Shown one piece after another: positions 1 through 14,795 of a DNA stretch of 64,000 nucleotides. Position 1 is the first letter of the stretch, and each line of letters begins with the position of its first letter. The notes beneath the pieces are model-generated. The model was not told the DNA's origin. It did no database searches and was given only the letters and a program-made list of their open reading frames with translations. The position numbers and the translations under genes were made by a program. Origin of the DNA: the human T2T-CHM13v2.0 reference genome, Homo sapiens; NCBI RefSeq assembly GCF_009914755.1, contig NC_060927.1, one strand, 5' to 3'.

Positions 1-299
1 CATCGCCTCTGAGCCCTGGAGGTGAGTCCTCATTTTATAACCAAATTGTCACCCCCACCCCCCAGAGACAGGAACACATGCCACACTTATGTACTCTGAC
101 CCTGAACACCTGCATAGCTGCTCTGTAAATTTGTGTGGGTTACCCGAGGTCAGTCCAGTTGGGAGAGATGATTCATTCACAAGGTAAAAGCCAAAGTTAA
201 TCCCAACAGGCGGAAGCACTGGGCTGGCCATAGAGAAAATGGTATTCAAGGATAGATAAAAGTCAGGCATCTGGACTCAAAAGAAAATTAAGTACAGAT

Positions 300-1335
<1,036 letters not shown>

Positions 1336-1659
1336 TTTAGCTCCAAATGTGGTCATGTCTCATCTAAATAGAGTTCTCTTCTGGGGCAGCAGGCATGATC
1401 AGCAGGCTGGCCTGAATCACACTATCCTGGAGATACCCTAAGATATTAGGATCCCTCTTGAATCTCCCGAATCAGGATTTTTCCCTGAAGAAAGCAGAGT
1501 TGGAATGCAACGGGAGGTGGTGGTAAAAGGGGTGGAGTGGCAGGCAGAAAACCAGGAGTCCGGAGAACTGGTTCCAGTTCAGCTATCGACTGCTCTGTGG
1601 TTTGGGGCCCTCTCTGTGCCTCGGTTTCCAAATATACCTTCAGGCAGTATGGGCTAGGC

Positions 1660-1918
1660 CATTACTTCTCAAAATTCCACATGCACACAGATCATGTGCG
1701 GCCCTTGTCGAAGTATAGATTCCAGCTCAGTAGGTCTAGTCCTCGGCCCAGTTTCAGCCCCGAAATCCCACATCCCAGGAAGTCTCTTAGTCCTGGACAA
1801 ACCAGGATGGTTGGTCACCCTAGGGAGGAGTCTGAGAGTCTTTATTTATGGAATTTATGGAAAGTCCCCAGGTGATGCCAATACTGCAGGTCAGAGGCCT
1901 GCACTTTGAGCAGAAATG
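1660..1918 (-). mobile_element. MER5A-like hAT-Charlie DNA transposon remnant
   Basis: Ends cttctcaaa… and …ccccaggtgatgccaatactgcaggtc…cactttgag resemble MER5A. Confidence 0.45.
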
Positions 1919-3264
1919 ATCTAGCAGTCTCAAGGTCTCTTCTTGTTTGGAGTCTGTGATCCTAGAATCCCAGTTTGATTCTAGTGCTTGGGGTGATGCC
2001 CTGGTGACTTACTAAATGCCCCTTCTTCAAACTAGGAAACTGGTGGTGAAGCTCAAAAGCCACCTAGTGTGGGGTGAGGTGATGAACATTTTTGTCTGCT
2101 TAGTCAAGGAGAGACCCAAAGACACTGGTGGCCTCGGAAGGAGTCTGTACCCCGTAGGAAAGCACATCTCCTTAAAATCACCATGATGCCATATTTCCAT
2201 GAATTCTGAATAATCAATAAAGCCAAAGTGACTGAGGCCCCTGCAGTTTGCACTGTGGGCAGAGGGTCCTGAGTTACATAGTAATATTTATGCAAATGTA
2301 TGTATTTGACTGCTAGAGAGCCTCGGGGCAAAAGCAATATGATTTTATGCAGTGTGACAGCCATGCAAACAATTGATAAGGTGTTTTGGGTCTGCAAACT
2401 CTTGGCGATCATTGGAGATAATACGCCTCCACTGGTTAAAATCACAGCCTCGGATTTCTGCTGGGAGAGAACCACAAACAAACAAGATGCCCAAAACACA
2501 AGTCACTACAGCTTTCCAACCTCCTGGCGCTCCAGCTTCCAAGCCCATAAGCAAAGTGTGAATACACCTGTGGGTTCAGAAGAGGCCTTTGGATTTTGTC
2601 CTTAACAGCTGGGTACGGGGCACCCTTTATTTCTGTCATCCTGTTCTAATGACATGGAGGGACAGAAATGCGCAAAAGGAAAAGATCAGGCAGATGCAGC
2701 TAAGTTTGGTTAACAGCTGGTTTAATGGGCTCTCTGGAAAGCCCTGTTGTCTTCTAGTTCCTGCTCTTTCTAGGATCCCCAGCCCAGTGGCCTCTGTCAA
2801 AAACACAGCTTTGCATTCCGCACAAGGCAGTTTGGACTAATTATTACGCATGCCATTCCCATCACTTGGAGCAGGACCTCTGGCGTGGGCCCAGGATGCT
2901 GTCACTACATTTTAAAGGTTTGCAGATTACTGGCCACCGAGCAGTAATCCAACCAGGGTGTGCTGAACAAGATTATTAGGGTCATAAATTTTTATTAAAG
3001 GTCACTAACAGATTTATAGAAAGTGCTGTAAAATGACACTTGTTTTTATTAGCACGAATCCTACCACTTGACTTGACAATGTTCCTGGGCTGAAGGGAAG
3101 CCAAAGGGCTTTCTCTAACAACAGAGGAATCTTTGATTCACATTCTTATAATCCAGAGGGGATCCACGCTGACATCCCTAGGGGTCTCAGCCAGTCGGGG
3201 GAAAGGATGCTCCCAGAACTATTCAGAGAACACCCGCTGTGACACCCAGAAACTGCACTGGGTG

Positions 3265-3400
3265 TGGCTCAGCTCCTGCCTCTGCCAGAGGTTGGCTGGG
3301 TGACCTGGGTGCATTTTCTCCTTGCAGAGCCTCAGTTTCCCCCTCTGGAAAATGGGGGTAGTAATGTCCATGCTTAGGAATGTTGTGAGGCTTAAGATGT
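3265..3400 (+). mobile_element. MIR SINE core
   Basis: gtgacctggg…gagcctcagtttccccctctggaaaatgggg…gttgtgagg. Confidence 0.75.
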
Positions 3401-3667
3401 GAGTGCTGATATGAGAGTATCTGGAACCCAAGGGCCTTCCCATCAGTTCCGTCACCATTGCTTTTGTTTCCCACAAATGCATCGGCTGCCTGAATAGACT
3501 CAGTTTACCAAGTGGTAAAGGCAGAGCTGGAACCTGACATCCAAAAGGATTAATGCCAAATTCAGGCCAGCTCCCAGGACATCGCTGCAACAGCTGACCC
3601 TAGGTGCTCCCTAATGGAGTGTGTCCAGGTAGTTCTTCAAGGGTCCTCACATCTAATTTCAATATGT

Positions 3668-3770
3668 AAAGAAAAAGGAAGAGACAGAGAGAGAGAGAGA
3701 GAGAGGAAGAAAGAGACAAAGAAAGAAACAAAGAAAGAGAGAGAGAAGGGAAAAAAACAGAGAGACAGGA

Positions 3771-3803
<33 letters not shown>
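3668..3803 (+). repeat. GA-rich simple repeat
   Basis: (GA)n/(GAAA)n runs directly visible. Confidence 0.9.
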
Positions 3804-3806
<3 letters not shown>

Positions 3807-4115
3807 CAGGCATGGTGGTGCACACCTGTAATCCCAGCACTTTGGGAGGCTGAGGCAAGAGGATTGCTTGAGCCCAGGAGTTTGAGACAAGCCTGGGCAA
3901 CATAGCAAGACCTCGTCTCTACCAAAAATAGAAACAAATTAGCCAGGTGTGGTGGCATGTACCTGTAGCCCCAGCTACTTGGGAGGCTGAGGTGGGTTGG
4001 GAGTATCGCTTGAGCCTGGGAGGGTTAGGCTGCAGTTAGCCGTGATGGCACCACCGCACTCTAGCGTGGGTGACAGGGTGAGACCCTGTTTCAAAAAAAA
4101 AAAAAAAAAAAAAAA
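3804..4115 (+). mobile_element. Alu (AluJ-like)
   Basis: ggccaggcatggtgg…ggattgcttgagcccaggagtttgagac…agaccctgtttc, poly(A), then (GAAG)n. Confidence 0.93.
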
Positions 4116-4869
4116 GAAGGAAAGAAAGAAAGGAAGGAAGGAAGGAAGAGAAAGCAAGCCTTTGGATGTGAAAAAAACATATGAAAGAGAACATACAAAA
4201 ATGATGGTATCAGGGTGGAGGTCAGAAGCATTTTTCCTGCTATTTTCTCACACTTTCCATAATAAGAAAAGTGGTTTTATAAAAAAAAAAAAGAAGCCAA
4301 TATTAAGCTTTGGGGCAGGCAGATCCAGGTTTCAAATCCCTGCTGTCCTTCCCTTGTGAAACTTTGGAAGAATCACATAAGCTCTCTGAGTTCCTGAAAT
4401 ACACAAGGAGTACAACCATCTGCCTTGTGGATTACATGCCTGTGTGGGAACCATTTGGGGGTGGCCTTCCTAGCATCCTTTCCCCTCTCCCTTTGGGAAA
4501 TTTACTCTCTACCTGGTTGGTCCTCTCAGCCACCTACTGACCTGGAAGAGAGCGTGTATCTAAAAATGAAACCAAACCAGAAGAGGCAGAGCTGAGAAAC
4601 AGAGGGAGAGAAAATGGGTCACGTATTTTAGGTCCTGGATTAAGCTTGACCTGAAACCTATTGCTCCTGGATTGTTCAAATATGTGAGCCAATAAATGCT
4701 GCAGTTATTTGATTGGATTCTTACTACTTGTAAAGACCTAGGTGACTCATGAGAGTATACACAATGCATAGCAAGTGCCTCACAAAGCAAGGGACACACA
4801 GCTGCAAAGTGATGAGTGATAGGGGTTTTACTTTTATCTAAAATAGGAAGTAACATATTTTTCTTTCTT

Positions 4870-5725
4870 TTATTTTGCAAATTTTTATTTTTTAACATTT
4901 TAGTTCTACAGATTTGCAAGAGCAGTGCAGTAAATACTCACATATCCTTCACTTACATTCACCAGTTGTTAATGTTTCCTCTCATTTGTGCCCTCTGTCT
5001 CTCTGTACCCTTTGTTCTTGAGCCATTTGAAATGCCAGTTCATTTCAATTCTGAGTGCTTGAGCATAAGAACAAAGACATTGTCCCACACAACCACAACT
5101 CACCCATCCCAGCCAGGAAAGTCAACAGGGACGCACTGTATTATCTAGTCTACAGCCCATATTCAAATTCCCCCAGTTGTGCTGATATCTTTAAAGCTAC
5201 TTTTGTCTCTCCAGGATCATGTCGTGTGTTTAGCTACCGTATCTCTTTATTTAGTCTCCTTCAATTTAGAACGGTCCAGGCTTTTTCTTTCTTGCAATAT
5301 TGATATTTTGGGGAATTCCGTTACTTTGGATTTGTCAAGTTGTTTCCCAATGATTCAATTCCTATTAAACATTTTAGGCAAGAACTCTACATAGGCGATG
5401 TGGGAAGTGGGATTTGCTTGTAGTAAACATTTTATTGAACTAGCCCAGACATTCAGAAAAGTGACTAGATACTGCAGTTTTTCGAACTGAGCACACCTAT
5501 GTGTCCAAACACAGAAATGACTAGCATTCCAGAACGCCCACTTTGTGCCTCTGCTGGGTCCCCTGTGATTTCAGTCATCTCAGATTAGTTTTGCCTGTTC
5601 TTGAACTTCATGTGAATGGAATCGTTGACCACGTTCCCTTGTGGGTTTGCCTTCTTTCATTCACCATGACTTTTGTGAGCTTCAACCACGTAGCTATGTA
5701 TATCTGTGGTTCATACAATTTCTGA
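4870..5725 (-). mobile_element. Old L1 (L1MC/ME-type) 3' fragments
   Basis: Reverse L1M 3' UTR motifs, e.g. gattagttttgcctgttcttgaacttcatgtgaatggaatc. Confidence 0.55.
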
Positions 5726-7149
5726 TTATTGGTATATTATTTTCACAGGAATAAAGAGTGAATCAGGCCACATATGTTTTCAGCCATAAAAACAAATTTG
5801 AGGCTCTGGTGCAGTCCTGGCGCCCCCATCAACAGACCCCTCTTTGCTCACAAGTGGAGCAGCAACCACCACCAGGAGTTCCGGTGTAGCCCAGGGTGCC
5901 TGTGACTTGTCCCTGGCTTACTCTCATCCATGCCAACATTGCCCTGCTCACATCTTGGCCTTGACCCTGAGCTGGGCCACCCACCAGTCTCTGCATTTGC
6001 TGTTCAGAACTGCAAGTCCCTGGTGATCGGCCTGTCTTCCTCCTCCCTGGGCAGGGGACACTCCAGCCACATGCAAGGCCACAGCCTCAGGGTCTTTGCA
6101 CATGTTGTACTGTCTGCCTGCAATGCCCTTTCCCCACCCTTTTCTTCACAATCTCCTATTCATCTTCCAGGCCTCAGCACAAGTGCCAATTCCTCAGAGA
6201 GGTCTTCCCTGATGACCAAGCTGAGGGTTCATTCCCCACTGCTCTCTCCCATAGCAGTGCAAAGCTTTCCCTTTGTGATTGGATTACAATTTGTGATGCT
6301 GTACTTGTGAATGTATGTATTTAATATCTGTCTCTTCCACTGCTTCCATAAAGGCAGAGATTGGATGTGTATTGTCTTTATGGTGCATTGAACACTTAGC
6401 ACAGGATCTGGCAGTTTCTAAGATCAATGAAGAAGGAAGAAAGGAAGGAGAGAGGTAAAGAAGGAGAGAGAAAAGGGAGGAAGGAGAGCAGGATAAAAGC
6501 AGGACCCCAGTCTCTGGAACTTGGTTTGGACCTCAGATCCAAGGTTTTTGCCTTGGACCTCAGCTGGATCCCCTTTGTGGGTTCCAGCCATTTCTCCTGA
6601 CAGGGATGGGGTGCCACTGAGCCTTGAGGAACTCTGTGGCCACCCACAGTGGTCTAGCCTCAGACCTTCTATGAGCAAGACATTGGCAGCTGGGTGATGC
6701 AAGGAGCTGTCACAACCACAGAACTACCATCATCCTGGCTCATCTGTTGGGCAGGTAAGTTTAAACACTCATCCCCTAGGGATGGGGATGGGGAGGGAGG
6801 AGGGACAGAACCACACACACACACACACACACCCTTGATGAGCAGTAAACCAGTAGCAAAGGCTTTCTGGGAGACAATTTGACTTCATATTCCTGGCACC
6901 CAGTAGGAACACTGCAAATATTTCTCCAATAAACAGAATGGCTCTTTGGTCCATCAATCCTAGTTCTAGAAAGTCCTCCCTAAGGGGGAGAAAATTAACG
7001 ATTAAGGATATGCACAAAAACCTACTTATGAGGCAGTTCCCTATGCTGTTGTTTATAATAGTTAAAGAATGAAACTACACCTGAATCCAAAATAAAGGAT
7101 TGCTTAAATAAATTATGCGGAAGGTGATTCAGCCATTTAAAACTATGTC

Positions 7150-8010
7150 ATGGTACAAACCTAGTAGAATGGCCAAAATCCAGAACACTGACAGTACCAA
7201 ATGCTGGTGAGGAGGTAGAGCAACAGGAACTCTCATTCACTGCTTGTGGGGATGCAAAATGATGCAGCCACTTTGAAAGACAGTTGGGCAGTTTCTTACA
7301 AAACTAAACACACTCTTACCATGTGGTCCAGCAATCACACTCCCTGGTATTTACCCAAAGCAGTTGAGAACTTATGTCCACACAAAGTTCTGCACACAGA
7401 TGTTTATAGCAGCTCTATTAATAATTGCCAAAACTTGGAAGCAACCAAGATGTCCTCCAGTAGGTGAATGGATAAACCGTGGTACACCCAGACAATGGAA
7501 TATTATTCAGTGCTAAAAAGAAACATGCTATGAAGCCATACAAAGACATGGAGGAATCTCAAATGCATATTGCTAAGTGAAAGAAGCCAACCTGAAAAGG
7601 CTGCATACTATAAGGTTCCAAGTCTATGACACTCTGGAAAAGGCAAAACTATGGAGACAGGAAAATGATCAGTGGTCAACAGGGGTTGGGGGAAGGGAGG
7701 GATGGATAGGTGGAGCGGGGATGTTTGGGGCAGTGAACCTACTCTGTATGATACTATAATAGTGAATATGTTGTTATACATTTGTCCAGACCCACAGCAA
7801 GTACAACACTTGCTATGAACCCTAATGCAATAATGGGCATGATGTGTCAATGTAGGCCCATCCATTGTAATACATATATCACTCTGGTGGGGGATATTGG
7901 CAGTGGGGATGTTGTTTGATGGGGAGGGAGTCTATGGGACCTCTCTCCTATGCCTTCCTTTCAATTTTGCTGTGAACCTAAGATTACTCTAAAACAATAG
8001 TGGCTAAAAA
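7150..8010 (+). mobile_element. L1MC1-like LINE 3' end
   Basis: aaatccagaacactgacagtaccaaatgctggtgagga…ttttgctgtgaacctaa matches the L1MC ORF2 end and 3' UTR. Confidence 0.85.
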
Positions 8011-8164
8011 TTTATTTTGTAGATGAATATTTGTTGGCAAAGAATAATATGTGACATGAAGAAACATTACAAGGTAATATATGAAATAGGATCCTGTTTT
8101 TTATCAAAGCAACATTCATGACTAAGTTGTATGGCATGAGTAAGCTTTCGAGCCATAAAGCTCT

Positions 8165-8385
8165 CTGTATGCCAGGCCCTGCTCTAAGTACTTCTCTTGT
8201 GTTATCCTGTTTGCTTCTCCCACAGCCCTAGGAAGCAGGTATTGTGGACATGCCCATTTACAGATGAGAAAACTAAGGCACAGAGAGGATAAAATACTGT
8301 CCAAGGTCACACAGCTGGCAACAGAGAAGCCATAATTAAACCCCAGGAAGTGTGGCTCCAATGTCCATGCTCCCAGTTGCTACAC
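8165..8385 (-). mobile_element. MIR SINE
   Basis: cccatttacagatgagaaaactaaggcacagagagg…ccaaggtcacacagc. Confidence 0.8.
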
Positions 8386-9047
8386 TGCCTGCAGGTAGAC
8401 ACCAATGTGCAAACCGTGGTTCTCACATACTGGGATCGTAAAAAATGTTTTAAATTTATTTTGCTCACTGGTATTCTCTATTCCAAAATGAATATGTATT
8501 GCTTTTATAATAAGGAAAAGATAATAAAATGTTTAATAAAGGCTGGATGGGCATCCCCAGGTTTACTGAAACATCGTGCCTTCATCGAACTGTTTGTGAA
8601 ATGAGATTCTGTAGCATGAAGCTGGTATTCCCTGGACTCCTTTCTTGGCGTGAGAGATGTGCCCGGCACTTCCCAGGGGTGGCCAGCTCAGAGGGAGGAA
8701 AGGAAAAGACAGGCAAGCTGCCCACAGCAAGCAAGCATCTGCTGAGCACTTATTGTGTGTTTGTTTGTTGGGGACCAAGATGCTGGCCCTGGCTTCTGGG
8801 GGCCCAGGTCTAACCAAGAAAATGGCCCTTCTCCTAGAAGGGGCCTGGGAGCATGGAAGGCTTGTCTGTTTATGAAGCCTGGGGGCCTCTCAGAAAAGTG
8901 TTAAGAGCTCCTGGAAGCAGGGAGAGAGCTTGTACTCCCAACTCAGACTTGAATTGGGATCCCGGCCCCACCTACCTGCTTGCTGTGTAACTTGGGTTAA
9001 CCCATTAACTTCACTGAGTTAAAGTGGGGATAATAATAGTACCAATC

Positions 9048-9590
9048 TGTGGTAGGTAGAATTCTAAATCATCCCCCAGATTCCCAGCCTATGGTGTACA
9101 TACCCTAAAAATCTCCTCCTGGGTGTGGAGAGGGTCTATGAATATGATGGGATATCATCCCGTGGTCATGTGAGGTTATATAGCAAAGGTAAATAGATTT
9201 TGCAGATGTAATTAAAGTTTCCAATCAGTTGACTTTAAGCCAAATGTAGATTGTTGTAGGTGGGCCTGACTTAATCAGGTGATCCTTTAGTATGGGATCT
9301 GGAAGTCAGAGACTTCTATCTCTCTCCTGCTGGCCTTAGAGAGAATCAATGCACCATGAGGTCTACAGCTGCAAGGAAATGAATTTTGCCACCAACCATG
9401 TGAGCTTGGTTAAGGACCCTGAGCTGGTAGATGAGACACCAGCCACATCCTGGATTGCAGCTTCGTGAGACCCCAAGCAGAGGATACTTGCCTGCACTAT
9501 GGTGTATGGAAACTGTGAGATAATGCATGTATGTTGTTTTAAGCCACTAAGTTTGTGGTAAGTTGTTATGCAGCAATAGACAACCAATAC
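9048..9590 (+). mobile_element. MLT1E-type MaLR solo LTR inserted in a MIR
   Basis: tgtggtaggtagaattct… to …ttttaagccactaagtttgtggta…cagcaatagacaaccaatac, with MIR halves on both sides. Confidence 0.8.
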
Positions 9591-10264
9591 CTTACATCAC
9601 AGGAATGTTTATGAGAAAATGCATGTGCTGTCTCACATATACACATCCACCCTGTGCTCAACTATTTGATCCTCTTTCCCTTACAAATGGCAGGGACCCA
9701 GACCATCTCTAGGGAGGTCTGTTCAGTACGAATGTTCTGATATTACCACACCCTCCCATCACACCCACCATCCCAGTCTGGGATCCCTGAATAGGCTTGA
9801 AGGAGCTTCCAGATCTTGTCCAGTTTGGGGGATAGTCAGGAGGGGCCAACACTGAAGTTAAAGTTGGAGCAGGAGGGAAACTCTTGCCCATTTGCACAGG
9901 GAGATGTGCCCAGGAATGTTCACTGTGGCTTTATCTCCAGCAGGAGAATGGGTGAACACATTGTTGTATAGTCACACCAGGTAATTCTATACAGCAGCAC
10001 AAGATGAAGCAGATTCATGTGAATATGCACTCAAACAATAATGAGCTGCAGAAAGATATGTGCAATCTGGTGCCATTTATGGAAAGCTTAAAAACATACA
10101 TCTGGTGCCTGTGAATGGTAAACCCAATGCAGGATTGTGGTATCTCCAGGGTGAGAGAAGAGGGGAAGAAATAAGAGAGCAGGAGGGTTCAATGATATTG
10201 ATATTTATAATGTTTTCTTTCTTAAGCTGGTGGTCGGTATATGGTTCGAGGATGTTAATAACCT

Positions 10265-10381
10265 GTCGGTTCCACGAGGGATCTTTGTCTGTTTTGGTCA
10301 TTGCTGGAGCCCCAGCACCTAGAAAAGGATCTGGCACATAGTAGGTGCTCAGTAAACATTTGTTGAATGAATGAATGAATG
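10265..10381 (+). mobile_element. L2 LINE 3' end
   Basis: ctggcacatagtaggtgctcagtaaacatttgttgaatgaatgaatgaatg. Confidence 0.85.
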
Positions 10382-11116
10382 GTGTTGGTTACATTGTTCT
10401 CTGTCAGATCCTGACATGCATCTTAAAAATAATATCTTGAAGATCCCTGGCACCAGAGACATCCTGTGTCCACCCACCAGTTTGCTCTATGGCCCTAGGG
10501 GAGATCACTGGTCTTCTCAGGGTCTCCACTTTGCCATTTGTAAAGTGGGAGGCTGCATGGGCTGGTCTCAGTTTCCTCCTGCTGCAAGAGCCTGTGGTTT
10601 CTGAGGGTTCCAGAGGCCCAGGTGAGTGGTAGGTTGGCCTATGGAGGTTGTCACAGACCAGTGCAGCCAATGTCTGTCTCTGTGGGAGCGACCTCTTTAT
10701 CGAGCTCTTAAAATTCCCCTCATTCCTTACAGGGATCGGGCCAGACTTTGCTGGGATGTGTGGTGGTGCATGTCAGCTCTGGTCCTCACCAGTGGAGTGA
10801 CCTTGGGCAGGCCATCGTGTCCTGATGCCTTGGCATCTTCATCCAGAGGATGAACAGTGAATCCATACTCAGCACACAAGTCAGAGGCTAGGACCCGGGG
10901 GACATTAGGTCTCCTTTGGTGTCCCCCAAATGTAAGGGCCAGGGTGGTGGTTACTGATCCTCTCATTGATTAATAGAAACCTTTTACACATTCGTCCTGA
11001 GCATAGCTCCCTGGGATGTATGGCTTTCCTGGGAAAACAGAGGCACCCTTAGGACATGTCTGAGGTGGGCCTCCTGAAGGCTGGATGTCCCAGTCAGCAG
11101 ATTCCTACACCCCTCC

Positions 11117-11534
11117 TGATAGAGTCTGGATGTTGTCTGCACCGAATCTCATGTTGAAATGGGATTCTCCATGTGGAGGTGGGGCCTGGTGTTTGGTGAC
11201 TGAATGGTGGCGGCAGATTTCTTATGAATGGTTTAGCACCATCTACCTGGTGCTGTCCTCTTATAGTGAGTGTGCTCTCGCGAGATCTGGTGGTTTAAAA
11301 GCATGCGGCACCTCCTTCCTCTCCCCTGCTTTCACCATGTGATATGCCTGCTCCCCTTTCACTTTCCGCCATGATCGTCAGCTTCCTGAAGCCTCCCCAG
11401 AAGCTGAGCAGACATTAGCATCATGGTTCCTGTATTCTCAGTCTGCAGAACTATGAGGGAATTAAACCTCTTTTCTTTATAAAGTAACCCATCTCAGTTA
11501 TTCCTTTATAGCAATGCTAGAATGGCCTAACACA
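11117..11534 (+). mobile_element. MSTA-like MaLR solo LTR
   Basis: tgatag…aatctcatgttgaa…atgaatggtttagcaccatc…gagatctggtggtttaaaag…ctttatagcaatg…cctaacaca. Confidence 0.88.
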
Positions 11535-11899
11535 TTCCCCAACCTTCCCTGTGTGGCCACGTCCCCCAGCAGCTCCATGCTTGGGGGTGGTGGAGGCCTG
11601 GCCCCAGGCCCTTGTCACCAGAGGCAAAATGATTGCAATCTCTCTGCTGTGTGCTGGGAACCTCCTCGTTTCCAAAGTGCTGTCATGTCCCGTGCACCCC
11701 CATTGATCCTCACAAGCTGGAAGGCAGACAAATGTCTCCCCATTTCAAATATGAGGGGCTTCACAGTCAAAGGGGTGAAGTGCCCAATGCACTCACTCAC
11801 TCGCTCACTCACCTGTTCATGCAAACATTCACTGAACGCCCACTGGGTGCAGGCACTGTGGTTGGTCCTCAAGATACAAGTATGAAAAACAGACTTCAC

Positions 11900-12145
11900 A
11901 ACAGGTAACATTGACTAAGCACTTACTACTTGGTAACAATGATTGGTTATCTACTACATTCAGACTATAATTTTCACACCACACTATAAGATGCAGGTCC
12001 TATTATTATTAGGCCCATTTAACAGAGGGGGAAACTGAGACTTATCAATGTTAAGGAACTTGCTCTAAGTCGTGCAGCTAGTAAATGGAGAAACCAGTAT
12101 TCAAACCTACAGGCTCCAAAGCCTGCAAACTGAACTACTCTGCTG
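11900..12145 (-). mobile_element. MIR SINE
   Basis: cccatttaacagagggggaaactgagac…gttaaggaacttgc…cagctagtaaatggag. Confidence 0.7.
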
Positions 12146-13964
12146 ACCCAGTCCCTGTCTTTGAGAATTTGCAATTTGGTATAGAGAATTCATGATGTTC
12201 AGGCACACAGTAGATGCTCAGAATGTACTTGTTATATGAATGGATGATTGGCAATGTAGGGCGATCAGAGATACCTGAGGCAGTCAGGGAAGGCTGCCCT
12301 AAGGAGGAGGCATTAGAGCTGGGTCATGAGGGATGAGTAGGAGTTCACCAGGCAAACCAGCAAGGATCTGAGCCAGGACTCCATATTCAAATCCCTTGTT
12401 CTTTCAATATTGATTCCATAACACGAGACTGATGGAAAGAAACCTCGAAGGCATAGTGTTTCCATCCATGCCTCATAAATTTTGCCATGGACTTTCCATC
12501 TGCCTCCACCACAAAGTCTGAAATCCTCTTTGCCCTGATAGCAAGTTTGGGCCACTGACTCCCATTTAAATGAATGTGTTACCACCAGAGGTAGGGAGGA
12601 CTCCCAGATTAAAACCTGAGAAAGGAAGCACAAATCACAGCACTGTGGTCTCAGATATTGGCTGAGACTATGGGCTTAGCTTGCACCCCCAGCTCCTTCA
12701 TGCACCTGGAGTTTGAATGGCTTAACTTCTCTGTGCCTCAGTTTCTTTGCTGTAAAAGAAATGTGACAGTGACAATGCTTCTCTTGTAGGGCCATTGTGA
12801 TGGTTAAATAAGTAAGTAGATGTCAAATCTTTACAAAGTGCATGGGAAATGCTTAGTGAGTGTAACCTATTAAGAGGACAGACCTGGGAGATGGGTGGCA
12901 TTTAGGGGTACGTTTCCTGTGGACTCTGAGTGCAAGAACTTCCCACTAGGGCAGAAGCAAGTCCAGTGAGGGTCTAGGTGAATGGATCCAAGGCTAACAC
13001 AAGAAACCCCCAAATCCTCCATATCTAGTCTGTCCCTACCCAGAGCAGATGCTTGGTGACCATTGGTTAAACAAAGAGCTGAAAGTGGAAGGCCTTACTG
13101 GGTCAGGTCATGATCCCACCGGCTTCTGATGGGACAACCACAGGCACATGGCAGGGGGCCACAGAAGCAGCTTTGTAACCAAAGAACAAAGGTCAGAAGA
13201 GGAGGCAAACCCATTCATCGTGTGCACACACTCCTGCAAACGGTAATGTGCTGTGCCCATGTTAGCCCTCTGTATGCAATTGGGTAAAAGACAGGGACAT
13301 AAAACGAATGTGGATACTAATAATAATCATGCAAATGGCCACTGAGTCTTTGTATGTGTACTTCACCTCCATTATCTCATCTGACCTTTACAACCCCTCT
13401 GCCAGGGTTTTTTTTTTCTTTTACTTTTTTATTTTTTAATTAAAAAAAAATTTTTTTTTTTATTTTACTGATGAGGAAACTTGGGCTCATAGAAGTCAAA
13501 TCACAAGGGAGAGTTCTGGAATCAGAACCCAGGTTCATGTGGCCACAGGGCCTGCATTTGTAACCACACTCTCCAATCCCTTGGATGAGTCACAGAAAGA
13601 GGCACAGAGGGAGGAATGCGAGGGAAGATACTGCTAATTAATTGTGATATTGGAAAACTTCCTCATGGGTTGGGAAGGCAGGAATAGGGTCAGTGTTGCT
13701 TGGGTTTTGCTGAATTCATGGTACTACTCATTCTTCATGTGGAACTGGGGAAAGGGGAATATGGTAATTGAATAATATAAACTCCAACCTTAAGATCCTC
13801 TGCCAGACAAAGCAGTCCCCAAGAGAGGCACCAGATCAGTTATTTCTAGGTTGCTAGCAATGAAACTATCACTGCCAGCACCACTTTTAAGATAAGTGGT
13901 AAATCATTCAATAACTTGTTATTTTATTTATCTCATTTTTTTACCCAAAGCCTTATAGCTAGAA

Positions 13965-14035
13965 ATATATATATACACATATGTATATGTATATATGTAT
14001 ATACGTGTGTGTGTGTATATATATGTGTATATATA

Positions 14036-14096
<61 letters not shown>
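13965..14096. repeat. Compound (TA)n/(TG)n microsatellite including pure (AT)22
   Basis: Directly visible; it occupies the tail position of the adjacent reverse Alu. Confidence 0.95.
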
Positions 14097-14097
<1 letters not shown>

Positions 14098-14216
14098 AAG
14101 AGACAGGGTCTCGCTCTGTTACCTGGGCTGGAGTGCAGTGGCATGATCATAGCTCACTCACGGCATCCTCGAACTCCTGGCCTCAAGCAACCTTCCTGCC
14201 TCAGCCTCCCAAGTAA
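14098..14216 (-). mobile_element. AluJ right-arm fragment
   Basis: gagacagggtctcgctctgttacc…catgatcatagctcact…cctcagcctcccaagta. Confidence 0.85.
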
Positions 14217-14294
14217 GTATCTGGGACTTAAATTATAATCTTTATTAGACTACCCTTCTGACACTGTGCTCTTTCCAGAAACCTCATCTACCCT

Positions 14295-14795
14295 TGTAGT
14301 GAGCAGCTCCATTGGAGAATTGTCCCTTTCCCATCCAATGGGGCTTGAGTAAAACTGTCAATCACATGCTTCCCTGCCTTCAAATCTCATGGGTGGGCAA
14401 GTGACCCAGGTCTGGCCAATCATGGTAGCTCATCCTGTGGTACTCAATGATTGGTCTAAAGGGATGGCACATGACCTAAGCAGGGCCAATGCCAGCCCCT
14501 TTATGGGATCTGTTTATGGATAAAGGAAGGAGAAGACTAATCTTTGTTTAAGTTTGTGAACTGGATATAAGAGCCACATCAGCCCTAGAACAACTGGTGA
14601 CCACCTGGAATGCTGAAAAGCAGAGCTGAGAGAAGGAGAGGAAAACTGAGCCCTAGTAATATGATTTCAGCCTCTGGATTCAGCTGTGCCTGACACCCTC
14701 ATCCTTGTACTTTGCAGTTATGTGAACCAATCCCTTTCTTGCTTAAACTAGTTTGTGCTGCGATCTGGTCACCAGCAACTGAAAGAGTCTTATTA
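14295..14795 (+). mobile_element. Old MLT1 (K/L-type) LTR
   Basis: gtgacccaggtctggccaatca…gcagagctgagaga…cctctggattcagctgtgcctga…cagttatgtgaaccaat. Confidence 0.6.

Noticed and set aside
7246-7759. L1 ORF2-like peptide fragments (and ORF1-like at 63.1-63.9 kb)
   Set aside because: Short, frameshifted remnants of old L1s with no intact reading frame.
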